A stretch of DNA of 63,899 bases, counting the filler, from Craspedostauros australis (Eukaryota), in NCBI GenBank assembly GCA_030167865.1. It is 18 parts of 18 records of this genome, joined end to end, with 100 filler letters (N's around TTAATTAATTAA, not from the genome) between each part and the next. Parts side by side here need not be neighbours in the genome. Positions count along the whole stretch, not along the records: positions 49,919 to 51,356 come from JALAGF010001704.1; positions 51,457 to 53,404 come from JALAGF010001705.1; positions 53,505 to 54,619 come from JALAGF010001706.1; positions 54,720 to 59,268 come from JALAGF010001707.1; positions 59,369 to 60,511 come from JALAGF010001708.1; positions 60,612 to 61,689 come from JALAGF010001709.1; 12 more parts are not named here. One strand, 5' to 3'. A program made the translations under genes and the position numbers. The notes under the pieces were generated by a model. It was not told the origin of the DNA. It ran no database searches and was given only the letters and a program-made list of their open reading frames with translations. Shown in pieces: positions 49,919 to 61,789 of this stretch (its first letter is position 1; the number at the start of each line of letters is the position of its first letter).

Positions 49919-50991
49919 GGGTCCGATTGGGCCAGATACAGAGCCACATCTTGATTCCGATTCTGACAGGCAAGATGAAGCAGCGTTTGGTTGGACTTGT
50001 TGGTTCTTTTGAAGTCCACCTCCGCTTTGCCTGATTTCACCATGGATTCGATGAACTCTCTTGACGCAATCTTGCAGGCCAGATGGAACGGCGAGTCGCC
50101 ATCCTCATCCAAGATGTTGAGATTGAGATTGATGTCCTCGTTCAACTGATCCGCTCGGAACAGACGATTCATCACCTCCCAATCTTCGTACCAGCACACA
50201 GGATGGAATGGCGTTCGACCGTGGTTGTCTTGGATGTTGACGTCAAGACTTGAATGGTAGAGTTTGATGACGTAGTCCACCGTGTCGGGACGAAAACGTT
50301 NGCATGCATGATGAAGAGGCGTCATGCCTTCACTATCCTTGCTGTTAACGTCGATATTGACTAGCTTCGAGGTGGCGAGGTAGTCCAGGATGGAGGTTCC
50401 ACCGCGGATGCATGCAAAGTGGAGGAGCGTCTGATTCTCGCATCCTGTTGCGTTGCAGACTGTGTTGCTTGGATCGGCTTGCGCCAGCAACTCCATCGCT
50501 CGCACATGGTTGCGCCAACAAGCGATGTGAATCGGCATGTTGCCACGATTATCGCGGANNNNNNNNNNNNNNNNNNNNNNNNNNNNNNNNNNNNNNNNNN
50601 NNNNNNNNNNNNNNNNNNNNNNNNNNNNNNNNNNNNNNNNNNNNNNNNNNNNNCCGTTGTTTCTTGTGTTGGCATCGACATGAACTTGAGGCGATTCGGC
50701 CAAGTATGCCACGATGCTGACATCGCCGCGACAGCAAGCAGCATGCAGCAGCGTGTTCCCGTCGTTGTCTGTCAGGTTACCGTTGACTGGCAATGGGCTC
50801 ACTTCGATGTGACGTTTGACCGCATCAATGTCTCCGCTGTAGCAGGCTCTCGCTAGCGATGTTCTTCCACACATATCCCGTATAGCGACATCGACAGGAT
50901 GCTTCGGTTGGTCTGCTTTGAAGATGGGGTGGGTCGTCTCAAGATCTCCTTTCTGACCTGCATCGTGCGGAGCTTGGGGGGGATCTGACAT
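49919..50991 (-). CDS. Ankyrin-repeat protein, N-terminal part
   Basis: GRTSLARAC, GNTLLHAAC, GNMPIHIAC and GMTPLHHAC repeats. 49919-50300 is the reverse complement of 51457-51838. Confidence 0.88.
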
Positions 50992-51456
50992 TCTTGCGCA
51001 GTACCTAATGGCGTTGTGTTTGCATGGAGTGAGCGAATGCGTGAAGCGAGACATCGGTGTTAGCCTTGACGATGATGGATCATTCCTTGCTCTGTATGTC
51101 TGTCTGTCGGAACCATCCCAAGGCGCAGCCAGCCAACAAGTGAATCAACTGCGGGAGCAAGCGGCAAGCATCACTTACTTGGGTCGGATGTGGAAGATAG
51201 CCCTGGTGCGTGAACGGTAGGCAGCGGTGGATGCATGCGCGCTTCGCGGGGGAGTGAAGGTGGCTGCGAAGTACTTGGACGATCTATACTATGAGCCGGA
51301 AAAGGAAGAGCAGTTTCACCCGTCTGCTCCTGCTGGCGATATGATGAGAGATCACCNNNNNNNNNNNNNNNNNNNNNNNNNNNNNNNNNNNNNNNNNNNN
51401 TTAATTAATTAANNNNNNNNNNNNNNNNNNNNNNNNNNNNNNNNNNNNNNNNNNNN

Positions 51457-53387
51457 AACGTTTTCGTCCCGACACGGTGGACTACGTCATCAAACTCTAC
51501 CATTCAAGTCTTGACGTCAACATCCAAGACAACCACGGTCGAACGCCATTCCATCCTGTGTGCTGGTACGAAGATTGGGAGGTGATGAATCGTCTGTTCC
51601 GAGCGGATCAGTTGAACGAGGACATCAATCTCAATCTCAACATCTTGGATGAGGATGGCGACTCGCCGTTCCATCTGGCCTGCAAGATTGCGTCAAGAGA
51701 GTTCATCGAATCCATGGTGAAATCAGGCAAAGCGGAGGTGGACTTCAAAAGAACCAACAAGTCCAACCAAACGCTGCTTCATCTTGCCTGTCAGAATCGG
51801 AATCAAGATGTGGCTCTGTATCTGGCCCAATCGGACCCAACCGCCATTGACGTCAGTGCATCAGACAGCAGAGGCAACACGCCCATCCATTACGCGTGCA
51901 AAAATGGATCGATTGCTCTGTTGAGAGGCTTGGTGGTACTCGGTTTGAAGCAAGTCAATGACGCACTGAAAATCCATAACAAGGCCGGCGAGACACCGCT
52001 CCACTGTGCTTGTGCGTCTGGCAGCGTCCCTCTCGTCCGCTACCTCGTCGAATCACAGGAAGTCCAAGTCTATCTGGAGAGCAAAAATGAGGAAGGCGAT
52101 ACTCCACTCCACACTGCTTGCAAAGATATGAACGTGCATGTCGTGAGGTACTTAATTGAATCGAAGCGCGTGAATACCAGTATCCATACCAGAGACGAGA
52201 ACGGCAACACACCACTCCACGTTGCGTGCACCGAATACGACAATGATGTCCTGGAGTACCTAGTTGCGTCAGACGAAGCCAAGGCTATCATGAACTTGCA
52301 GAATGATGACGGCAACACCCCACTTCATCTTGCGCTCATGGAATATGATGCAGGAGTCCGCGAACGCATTTTTGACAATGAAGTTGGCAACATCAACCTC
52401 AATCTTCAAAACAACGACGGCAACACGGTGCTTCATCTTGCGCTCATGGAAGATGGTGGAGGAGTCAGCAACCGCATTTTTTACAATGAAGTTGGCAACA
52501 TCAACCTCACTCTTCAAAACAACGACGGCAACACCCCGCTTCATGTCGCAGCACAGTGTGGCAGGGAAGAGTGGCTCAAATGGTTGGACGAATCCAGCCC
52601 AGGTGACATTGATGGCAACATTCGAAACAAGAACGGCGACACACCACTCCACCTCGCATGTGCGAGTGCGGAGTATGCGGCTAGGGTCACATATGCAATT
52701 CTCTGCTCCAGCAACATGAAAGTGGACGTCAACGCAACGAACAACGATGGCAACACGCCCCTCCATTTCGCATTCGAAAATAGGCGCAGGGAGCTTTTCA
52801 CTGTGCTGCGCTGCTACAAGTACAATGGCAGATTCAATTGCAGAATTCAAAACAAGGATGGCGATACCCCATTCCATCGTGCTTGCACAAACCACGAGCA
52901 TGTTTGCGGCACCCCAAAGATGGAGCTCACAAGACTCTACGACTTAATCAAAACCGAGATCGTGCCCAATCACAATCTGGATCAGGCTTGCATCATCCAA
53001 AGAGGAGATGTGATGGACCGCTTGATCACAATGGCTCAGCCATTGGCGAACATCCAGAACAAGGCTGGCAACACCCCACTGCACAATGCATGCGAGCACG
53101 GCCTTGACGGAATCCTGCAGCGGTTGACTGGACCGGGCGAAGGAGCAGATGCTACGATTCAAAATCAGGACGGCGATACACCCTTGCACTTGGCGAGTAG
53201 GCAGAATGGAAGGAGATGCATGGAGTTACTGATCGATCCCAGACATGCTGTGAAATTTGATCTCAGCGTAAAGAACACAAGCGGTCAAACCGCGCGGGAA
53301 ATCGCGAAGGAGAAGGGCCACAATGGCATCGTCGAGTTGTTGGACGGGGTGCTGGTGCGTCCGGCAAAGCGCAGCAAGCCGAGCTGA
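51457..53387 (+). CDS. Ankyrin-repeat protein, C-terminal part of the same gene
   Basis: About 15 G(N/D)TPLH repeats, a C-cap (GQTAREIAKEKGHNGIVELL) and a basic tail RPAKRSKPS. Confidence 0.92.
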
Positions 53388-53504
53388 GATCGTAGCACCG
53401 AAGCNNNNNNNNNNNNNNNNNNNNNNNNNNNNNNNNNNNNNNNNNNNNTTAATTAATTAANNNNNNNNNNNNNNNNNNNNNNNNNNNNNNNNNNNNNNNN
53501 NNNN

Positions 53505-54139
53505 TAGTCTAATATTCCAAGATACGTTCGTGCAACGTCCGCAAGGTCGCCAAGGTCCGTGTTATTGGCTGGCGACTTTTCTCTCGCTCTCTGTGTCCTT
53601 GTGTTGTGTTTGTTGCGGAGGTTTGTGGTCCTTGTGTGCGGAATCCTTCCCTTCCTTCGAATGGTGATGTGTTCGTGTCCGTGAGTTTGTGTCTGTGTCA
53701 TCACGCTTCCTCTGCCGGTGTCAGTGTTGGTGTTCGTACTTTTGGTGGTGCGCCGCCTTCCACGTCCAACGTACAAGGGTACAGTATCGTGGGGGCAGAA
53801 GGAGCAATTCCACGAAGTATTCGATGGGGATCGTTCCTACTTTTGACTGTGGCGATGTTGTCCTGCGTGGCGCACGAAAACAAACACGCCATGGCATCAC
53901 GAGCCTTCGCTTGACTTCCGTCTCTGTTGGGTTCACAGGCTTTCCGCGAGAGCGCTCTTCCCCACTTCACCGCATTCGTGTTGCCACTCAAGCCAGAGCA
54001 TAGTACTTTACTTTAGATCGTACGAACAGACTGAAGGGATAGCAGTAAGCTCAACAAGGAGGCACAATCAGAGCAGAGCATCGCGCCATCGTCCGAATGT
54101 AACTCCCGTTTCTCTCTTGCTCTCTTACGATCTATTACA
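53505..54139 (+). mobile_element. Candidate LTR (TGTA...TACA)
   Basis: A second copy of its first 308 nt (54720-55029, reverse strand) shows the left edge as TGTAGTCTAATA against different flanking DNA. Candidate right edge CTATTACA at 54132-54139. An ORF starts 100 nt later. Confidence 0.5.
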
Positions 54140-54238
54140 TCAGCAGTCGTCGACTCGTACCACTACTAATAGTCGTATCCGCATTAGTGCTGTGCTGTGA
54201 TACGCTCTGCACCAGAGTACGAGCAGAGACGCAGCAAG

Positions 54239-54619
54239 ATGCCCGCGTCGATGACGGAAGACATGCTGACGGCGACGGATCATGACCTCATGGACGCCGC
54301 GATGAAGCCGCGCTCTGCTTCCGGCAGCGGCGCAGATCCCAACGCAAAGGAAGCAGGCTCCGTCAGGACGAAGTCAGCCGAAGCCAAAGATAGCGATGGT
54401 TCTGACGGTGCTACGAACAGCAGTGGTAACAACGATGCCTCAAAGCAGCGGCAAGGCGACGAGGGGCAACAGGAAAGCAAGGACTCCTCCGCCAAGGCCG
54501 ACGATGGCAACGCCAACAGCAGCAGCAAGGACAATGGCGCGCGCAACACCATGATCGCCGATCATCTCGCTTGGCGCTCGTGTGCGGCATCCCTGCAACA
54601 GCTCTGCAAATGGTCCTGC
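54239..54619 (+). CDS. Hydrophilic ORF downstream of candidate LTR, possibly a gag N-terminus (truncated)
   Basis: MPASMTEDMLTATDHDLMDAAMK.. runs open into the gap. Support is positional only, with no domain motif. Confidence 0.3.
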
Positions 54620-54719
54620 NNNNNNNNNNNNNNNNNNNNNNNNNNNNNNNNNNNNNNNNNNNNTTAATTAATTAANNNNNNNNNNNNNNNNNNNNNNNNN
54701 NNNNNNNNNNNNNNNNNNN

Positions 54720-55029
54720 TGGAATTGCTCCTTCTGCCCCCACGATACTGTACCCTTGTACGTTGGACGTGGAAGGCGGCGCACCACCAAAAGTACGAAC
54801 ACCAACACTGACACCGGCAGAGGAAGCGTGATGACACAGACACAAACTCACGGACACGAACACATCACCATTCGAAGGAAGGGAAGGATTCCGCACACAA
54901 GGACCACAAACCTCCGCAACAAACACAACACAAGGACACAGAGAGCGAGAGAAAAGTCGCCAGCCAATAACACGGACCTTGGCGACCTTGCGGACGTTGC
55001 ACGAACGTATCTTGGAATATTAGACTACA
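54720..55029 (-). repeat. Reverse-strand copy of the candidate LTR 5' end
   Basis: Reverse complement of 53505-53812 plus the terminal TG. Confidence 0.9.
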
Positions 55030-56989
55030 TCGACTANNTCACGATTCATACGTACGATGCAAGTCGGAATCTGTGATGAATATGATGCCGGTTAGCGAGT
55101 CGACCAATCGTTTGAAATAGACCTCCTAACTCTGTATCTCCGATATCCAAACCAAGCACATATGCGTAATCCTTGTAGTTCATAAACAAACAGATATCCA
55201 TGATGGTTTTGAAGTTGCTCCTATTCCTAAAATCAAGGTTATGGACTGACGGTTGTGCATATTTTTCGATCTCTTTCAGGTTTCAGCCTCGTGCTTCCGA
55301 CTACATCGATCCAACTGAACCCTTTGCTGTTCTTTGTTTCAGCGAGTTTGTTCCCGTTTTGACTTGTGTGGTCTCTTTCTGGGGTGTTCCGATGAGATGA
55401 TCCACCAGTCCATCCACGATAGCACTAGTTGTGGCGTGTTGGCCTTTGTTGGGAGAAGCGGCGAGTCCGTGTTTATTTCCATTCTATCCTGTATTTCGCC
55501 ACTCCGTCATCTACGTCACGAAACTGGATACGATGTCATGATTCACCAATCACAGCACGATGTGAAACATCTTCAGGTGTGTTTCGCCTCCACGGAATGG
55601 TCGAGTCGTATTGATGCTCTCGAAGTGTATTGTGCCATTATTCTTTCATACATTCGGTACAATTTGAGGGAATCTCCACATCCCCCAACATGTGAGACAG
55701 GTTGAAAATGCGAAACTTCAGACAACAACACAACAATGGCATGGCAAAACAAAACCTCCACAATGGCCGTTCAACGGCACCCCCAGCGCCACACCAACCA
55801 GTGGTCTAGCGAGAAATCCAAGCACATTGCCGTCATCATGATGCAACCCTTGGTGAGTGGGTGAGCGGAGGCCACAAGAGCGGTTGATTTGGGGCCATGG
55901 CAGGCCCCTGCACGAAGGCCACGACTTGGTGCCAGATTGGCTCATTGGATGTGGCCTGTGTGTTCCATGCACAGCCCACACCAACACCTATGAATGAACA
56001 AGATGCATCCATATGGGCAGGGCCAAACCTCCCACAAAACGTGAGGCTCAGGGACGACCAGGAAGGTGTCCGTGCAGAGGAAAAGTTGGTGACCAGGAAT
56101 CGGGGGGAGAGGGGGGATGGCAGCACACCCACCATGTGACTTCAGCCATGATGGGCGCTATCAACAAGTCGACCAATTGCCAACCCACCCACACAAGATG
56201 TGTGAAGTATCAACTCAAGACAAACTCTGCGAAGTCTGTGCCAGAGAGACGGTCTGCAAGAGGCTGCACTGCACCATATCTGACGAATGGTTGTTGTTGG
56301 TGGGAGCCAAGAAAGACAATGGCATCATTGTATGGAGGTGTACCATCAGTGCCATCCACACCCATCCCATTCTAGATACATCAGCATGTTGCCAGGGAGT
56401 GTGGGAATGCACAAGGGGCATGCGGAGGGGCTGGAAGGGTCGTATGGATGAGATACAGATCCAAATCTGTGCCAGATTGTGCATGTGTGTAGGTGTATTG
56501 CTCACCCATTGTTCTCTTATACTTGACATGCGAGCGGCGCAAATAGTCATGGCATGAGTGAAGTGTGATTGAATGGAATCACATCACGAATTTGGGCACC
56601 GAAATCATTCAGAATTTTGGAAGGGAATTTGTGAACAACGATTTCTGAGAGCATCAGGAATCTCGTCTGTCCATCAACCATCTGAAACATGTGACATCGA
56701 GCAAGAATCGATGTTCTTCCCAACTAAACCTCAAATGACGATATCCTTGCCAGACCATCACATCATCAATGGAATACGGAATCTGAAGGACCATGGAAGG
56801 CAACAGCTGACGTCAACACAATGTCATTTTGTCATCACGTCAACAGATGTCTCCACATCAGAACAGGAAGGCAAAGATTCTATGACCAGAGCACCATCAT
56901 GATTGTGGATATGCAAAGAGGAGTTCAATTGAGACATTGGAGACTACACAAGGACTGTTAGATCAATAGAGGATGAGACAACGGAGTCT

Positions 56990-57236
56990 GTATCGAATAC
57001 AGAGTATCACATAGTACCAACATGCAAGAGAGATAGGGACAGAGAGAGAGAGAGCATACAAGAAATAGCGAGACAGCATCTCATGTGCCAAGTCATAGTC
57101 AGGAGATACCAAGAGCATTGGGAGACTCCAAGAACCATCGGAAAAACATCACAATGAAATAGGAAACAGAATCGTAACCACTGCCATCACCATTGTCAGC
57201 AGTTGCAAGAGTATCCGTGAGAGGAACTTGCCAACA
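56990..57236 (+). mobile_element. Decayed LTR relic related to Copia family A (3' end at 57236; 5' edge not defined)
   Basis: CCGTGAGAGGAACTTGCCAACA (57215-57236) matches CCGTGAGCGGAACTTGCCAACA (59501-59522) at 21 of 22 nt. Further patches: AGAGCAT(T/C)GGG and AATGAAATA..AAACAGA. Confidence 0.55.
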
Positions 57237-57566
57237 CAAATCTGGTTCACAACAAGGGGTGTATCAGCAATACACGATCTACAGCTAATCAATAGAAGAC
57301 TGTCATCTGTGTGCCTGGGAGTATTCCCTTCGCATCCTGAGCACCCAAGCCTGTCAGAATGATTCGAAAGAACGGACAACACCAGCTGGAGAGTTTTGTG
57401 GGTGATGAGTCTTGTTCAAATCGACTAGTTCAGTGCTCAGTCTCAAACAAGGAGGCCACTGACTTTGGTTACTGCTCTTGATGCTACATCTCAACAGTGC
57501 ATCATTTCCAATTAACCCTAAACAGTACATAAATGCGGCCAGTTGTGTTGGGAAAATTGGAGTGAA

Positions 57567-58793
57567 TTAGATTCCAGGAATCCTGGCTATTTCCAATGAT
57601 GTGAGGAGGCCAAGCTGAGTTGGAAGTGGTTGAGTGAATTTGGTCCATTCCAGATCAAGATAGGTGAGCGCTGTCAGCTGACCAATCTCGGATGGAAGTT
57701 GCCCAGTGAAGTCAGCAAGTGCTAGACGAAGAGATCGCAATGCTGTGAGTTGACCAATCTCGGATGGAAGTGGTCCAGTGAACTTGGTCCATTCTAGATC
57801 AAGAATGGCGAGTGCTGTCAGTTGACCAATCTCGGATGGAAGTGATCCAGTGAAGTCAGTGGAATGCAGGTCAAGCAAGGTGAGCGCTGTCAGCTGACCA
57901 ATCTCAGATGGAAGCTGTCCAGTGAATCTGGTCCATTCTAGATCAAGCAAGGTGAGCGCTGTCAGCTGACCAATCTCAGATGGAAGTGGTCCAGTGAAGC
58001 CGTTGAAAGCCAGGTCAAGATGTGTCAATTGCGAAAGTTGATACAATTCTGACGGAAACGCACCTCGCAGTCTCAGGTGCACTAGAGTTAGCTCTGAGAG
58101 CATGCTCAACATGCCAATATGACTGAAGATGATACCATGGATCTGTCTGCGAGTGCTGAAAGTCATTTCCATTGACCATCGCTCCAGGTGCGAGAGATGA
58201 TACAGGGCTGGATCGAGTGTGCCCCGCATGCCTTCATCACCCAAAGCTACTTGTACCACATGGCCATTATCGCATGTCACACCACCGGAGGAAGAGTGCC
58301 AGTCGCACAGGTCAGCATCTGATAGAAAGCCCATCGTGTCGTTCCAATCGGCTCCATTGAGTGAAAAGTATATGCTCACCACTGCGTAGTACTCCAATAG
58401 ATGTGTGACATTGGCTTGGACATCTTCCGTGATCATTGATGTGAGATCTGAGTGGTTGCTGTTTGCCATCCAGTCCAGCGTTCGATGCGCGGTTCTGAAT
58501 GGGTTGGCGAGTTTGGCTGTATCGACGAACGTAGGCTCTTCTTGGAGTGTGGGCGCGAGCACCTCCCAAATGGTGAAGAAAGCATCCGATTGATCGAAGC
58601 CGTAGCTGCTCTTGTCACTTTGAAGGAACACTACTCTTGCTGCAATGGCACCGGCTACACCGACGACGAGTAACACCACAGTCCCAACACCTTTCCAGGT
58701 CCATCCTGCTTCAGACGCTACTGGCGCAGAGGGAACAGCAGGGATTGGTGGCGGCAGTGTAGCAGACGAATCACATGTTGTCTCGTCATCCAT
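57567..58793 (-). CDS. LRR receptor-like protein (N-terminal TM helix, LRRNT cap, plant-specific 24-aa LRRs); probably prematurely stopped
   Basis: TM segment GVGTVVLLVVGVAGAIAARVVFL, cap YYAVVSIYFSLNGADW..LCDW..GVTC, and LTALTLLDLxxxxFTGxLPSEIGQ repeats with a 72-nt period. Confidence 0.88.
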   Translation of the reverse strand: MDDETTCDSSATLPPPIPAVPSAPVASEAGWTWKGVGTVVLLVVGVAGAIAARVVFLQSDKSSYGFDQSDAFFTIWEVLAPTLQEEPTFVDTAKLANPFRTAHRTLDWMANSNHSDLTSMITEDVQANVTHLLEYYAVVSIYFSLNGADWNDTMGFLSDADLCDWHSSSGGVTCDNGHVVQVALGDEGMRGTLDPALYHLSHLERWSMEMTFSTRRQIHGIIFSHIGMLSMLSELTLVHLRLRGAFPSELYQLSQLTHLDLAFNGFTGPLPSEIGQLTALTLLDLEWTRFTGQLPSEIGQLTALTLLDLHSTDFTGSLPSEIGQLTALAILDLEWTKFTGPLPSEIGQLTALRSLRLALADFTGQLPSEIGQLTALTYLDLEWTKFTQPLPTQLGLLTSLEIARIPGI

Positions 58794-59368
58794 TGTTGGG
58801 TATGAATGTGGCTGCGGCTGCGGCTGCGGCTGTGTTGGTGGGTTTTGTGTCGGTCGCGCCAGTGACGAAGATGTGAATGGCACCTGCGCAACTTGGCTCT
58901 CTCTCGAGATTGTGTGTGGTGGTGGTTTGTGGATTACGGTGTTGATGGATTGTGAGGGCGAGGAAATAAGATGCTCCAAACGATTTCAGGCATGTCGACA
59001 AGATCAATGTTGGGAGAGGCAGAGAGAGCAACTTCGCTTCTCTGCAGCAACAGTCCCTTGATCGCACTCGTCAGTGAGGTCGTGGTGGCATTTGCACCAC
59101 GTTTGTCATTTGCATCCGTGGCGGTGATAGTGGGCAGCTGAGGTGTCAACCATTGGTGGTGGTGGCCGGTGTTGGTGTACGGTCGGATGACAGACGGAGC
59201 AGCACCAAATCCCCATGTTCACAGCGTCTGCAGAGACAAACAGAGAAACCATGATAATCTCGTCTCTCNNNNNNNNNNNNNNNNNNNNNNNNNNNNNNNN
59301 NNNNNNNNNNNNTTAATTAATTAANNNNNNNNNNNNNNNNNNNNNNNNNNNNNNNNNNNNNNNNNNNN

Positions 59369-60511
59369 TACGAAACAGATTGAAGCGCCGAGAGCATCGG
59401 GCAAGAGAACGAACGGACACCGAGAGTATCGGAGTGCCAACGTAATGAAATAACAAACAGACGACTATCAACCAATACCATCTTCCACGATCGTAGGTTA
59501 CCGTGAGCGGAACTTGCCAACACGTTTATAAACGATAGATCAGGGCGAGCCCGCGAATCGTATCGTGCGAGGAAGACGAACATCATTCAAGAGCAGTAGG
59601 CTGAATGAGCGAGGAAGAGGAATTGAAAGACATCCCTCTGTCCAATCCGGCTATCAAGAGAGAAGAAGGTGCGAGTGAGACTCCACCACGACAAGAGAAG
59701 GAAGCAGCCGCGGCTACTGTCCTTTCAGGCGCAGACGCAAGCGCGATCGACGAGACCGAAGAAGAACGGTCTGCAAGACTACACCGTAAGGAGAAGAGGA
59801 TTCTCGAGGCGGTCAAGCAAGAGGAGACTGGTGTGACGAAGAGTATTCGCACAACCAAACAGAGTGGGAAAAGTGAGACACCACCAGGAGGAGAATTTGT
59901 GAGCAAATCAGTCCTCGCGAAACAAGCGAAAATCGAAGAATCGGCAACACAGAAACCGACGGAAATCAAGGGCGCGAGCGCACCAACGACGATACAACGA
60001 ATCAACATGGCGACATCAGCCAACATGAACAAGCGACGCATCAAGGCGCCGATGTTCAGCGGAGAACAGGAAGACTACAGCGCATGGGAGTCCCAAGCGA
60101 AGACATACGCTCGTGCACAGAAGACGAGAGACGTGATGTTGGGCAAGACCAAGGTGCCAACAGTGAGTGAGATCGCGGCAGCCACCGNTGAAGNCAAGGA
60201 AGCGATGGANGANATCTACGAGCTGGGATGCGACTGCTTCAGCGATCTGATCCTCATGATGGATGCAGAGAAAGGAAAAGGTAAGCAGGCCATCCAGTAC
60301 ATCAACCAATGCATCTCCGACGACGACCCCGAAGGAGACGCACACGGAGCGTGGAACGTTCTCGCGGAGAAGTTCCGACCATCCGACGCGGTGACGAAGA
60401 TCAAACTCAAGCGCCAATTCAACAACGAAAAGATGAAGAGAGACACGGACCCCAACATCTACATCACGCAACTCGAGAGTCTACGATCGCGTCTCCACGA
60501 TGTCAAGTATG
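59369..60511 (+). mobile_element. gag: Ty1/Copia family A copy 2: end of 5' LTR (to about 59522), leader and gag N-terminus (ATG 59605)
   Basis: From about 59863 it aligns with 9807-10455. It has TGG where copy 1 has TAG. The LTR end is inferred from the shared CCAACA terminus. Confidence 0.88.
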
Positions 60512-60611
60512 NNNNNNNNNNNNNNNNNNNNNNNNNNNNNNNNNNNNNNNNNNNNTTAATTAATTAANNNNNNNNNNNNNNNNNNNNNNNNNNNNNNNNN
60601 NNNNNNNNNNN

Positions 60612-61689
60612 CCGATGGGGTTGTTGACCAGACGCTCGAGGACGGCCTGTTCCAGGAGTTCAGAGAGTGCCTGTTCGTTGGAGATGATGCCGTCCTCATC
60701 GATCGTAGCACTGGTCACACCATCCACATGGCCTTGCTCATTCTGCAGCACAAGACGCAGAATAGAGAGGTGGAAGGTCGATCCGATGTAGGCTGCGACG
60801 GATAGGGCTCTTTGGAGCAGTGGTGGGAGATCCTTGAGCTTGGACTCGATGGCGTGGACGATGTTGTGACTGATGGGCAGATCCACGGTGCGGAAGCTGC
60901 TGCTGCCTTTGCCACCTCCTTGGTTTGGGACCTTCCACTCCCACTGAGATGAAGCTTGGTTGTATGTGAGGATGTTCTTCCTCTCCAGCTCTTCCAATGC
61001 CTGCAACGTGAAGAAGATGTTGCCGTTGGTCTTGATGTGCAGCTTCTTCGAGAGAATGTCGATGTCTTCGCAACACAGCATGCTCTCTAGCCATGCGGTG
61101 GTGTCTGCCAACGATAGGTTTGCAATGGTGACGTGGCTGAGCGTTCGATGCTGCCGATGGAAAGCGCCGTGGCTGGGTCCACCATCGCTGTCTTCTGTCG
61201 CCTCGAGTTTTTGCAAGAAGGCCGTCGACAGCGCATGATTTGGTGGCANGTCCAGCACTTCCTCGTTGTGCGGATTCGTCTCCTGTCGGACAGCACCCAC
61301 AAGGAGGAAGTTCTTGAGGTCCGTGTCTTCCATCAGACTGGCCAGGAGGCGCAAGCCAACGCCGGATGACCACTGCAGATCATCCAGGAACATGTAGATG
61401 GGACGTTCCGTCGTGGATATGGCCTTGATGAACTGCATGAAGATGTACTGCAGCTGGTTCCATGAGCTGTCACCCAGCAGCTGAGCCGCTGCTGGCATGG
61501 CACTCGAAGATAGGCCCTCGGTTAGGTTCTGGCTGACGCTCATACTTCCCGCATTGCTTATAGCTCCAGTGACGAACTTACTGTAACGGCGCTGGCTTGT
61601 GGAGCGATGAGTGATCGATCCGTCTTCATGGATCGTTGCGTTGGGCGCGAGGATGGCAAGGGCCGGCACCACCTTGATGAGCGGAATGA
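60612..61689 (-). CDS. Second STAND-like AAA ATPase fragment
   Basis: Motifs PIYMFLDDLQW, FLLVGAVRQE, KTNGNIFF, QWEW and LSVAAYIGSTF. Paralogous to 47257-49818. Confidence 0.82.
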
Positions 61690-61789
61690 NNNNNNNNNNN
61701 NNNNNNNNNNNNNNNNNNNNNNNNNNNNNNNNNTTAATTAATTAANNNNNNNNNNNNNNNNNNNNNNNNNNNNNNNNNNNNNNNNNNNN

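Noticed and set aside
49919..51838. Divergent duplicated ankyrin genes
   Set aside because: The 382-nt inverted match spans a spacer and is best read as two halves of one gene.
53505..55029. DNA transposon with 308-nt terminal inverted repeats
   Set aside because: The two arms are on different contigs, so their relative orientation is arbitrary. The TG start fits an LTR better.
56117..56557. Cys/His-rich zinc-finger ORF
   Set aside because: It lies in the CpG-decayed zone, where TG/CA excess inflates Cys and His codons, and the ligand spacing is not recognisable.
5650..61745. Recurrent TTAATTAATTAA motif as a biological repeat or recombination site
   Set aside because: Always centred in N runs of fixed length and has stops in all six frames, so it is a synthetic contig linker.
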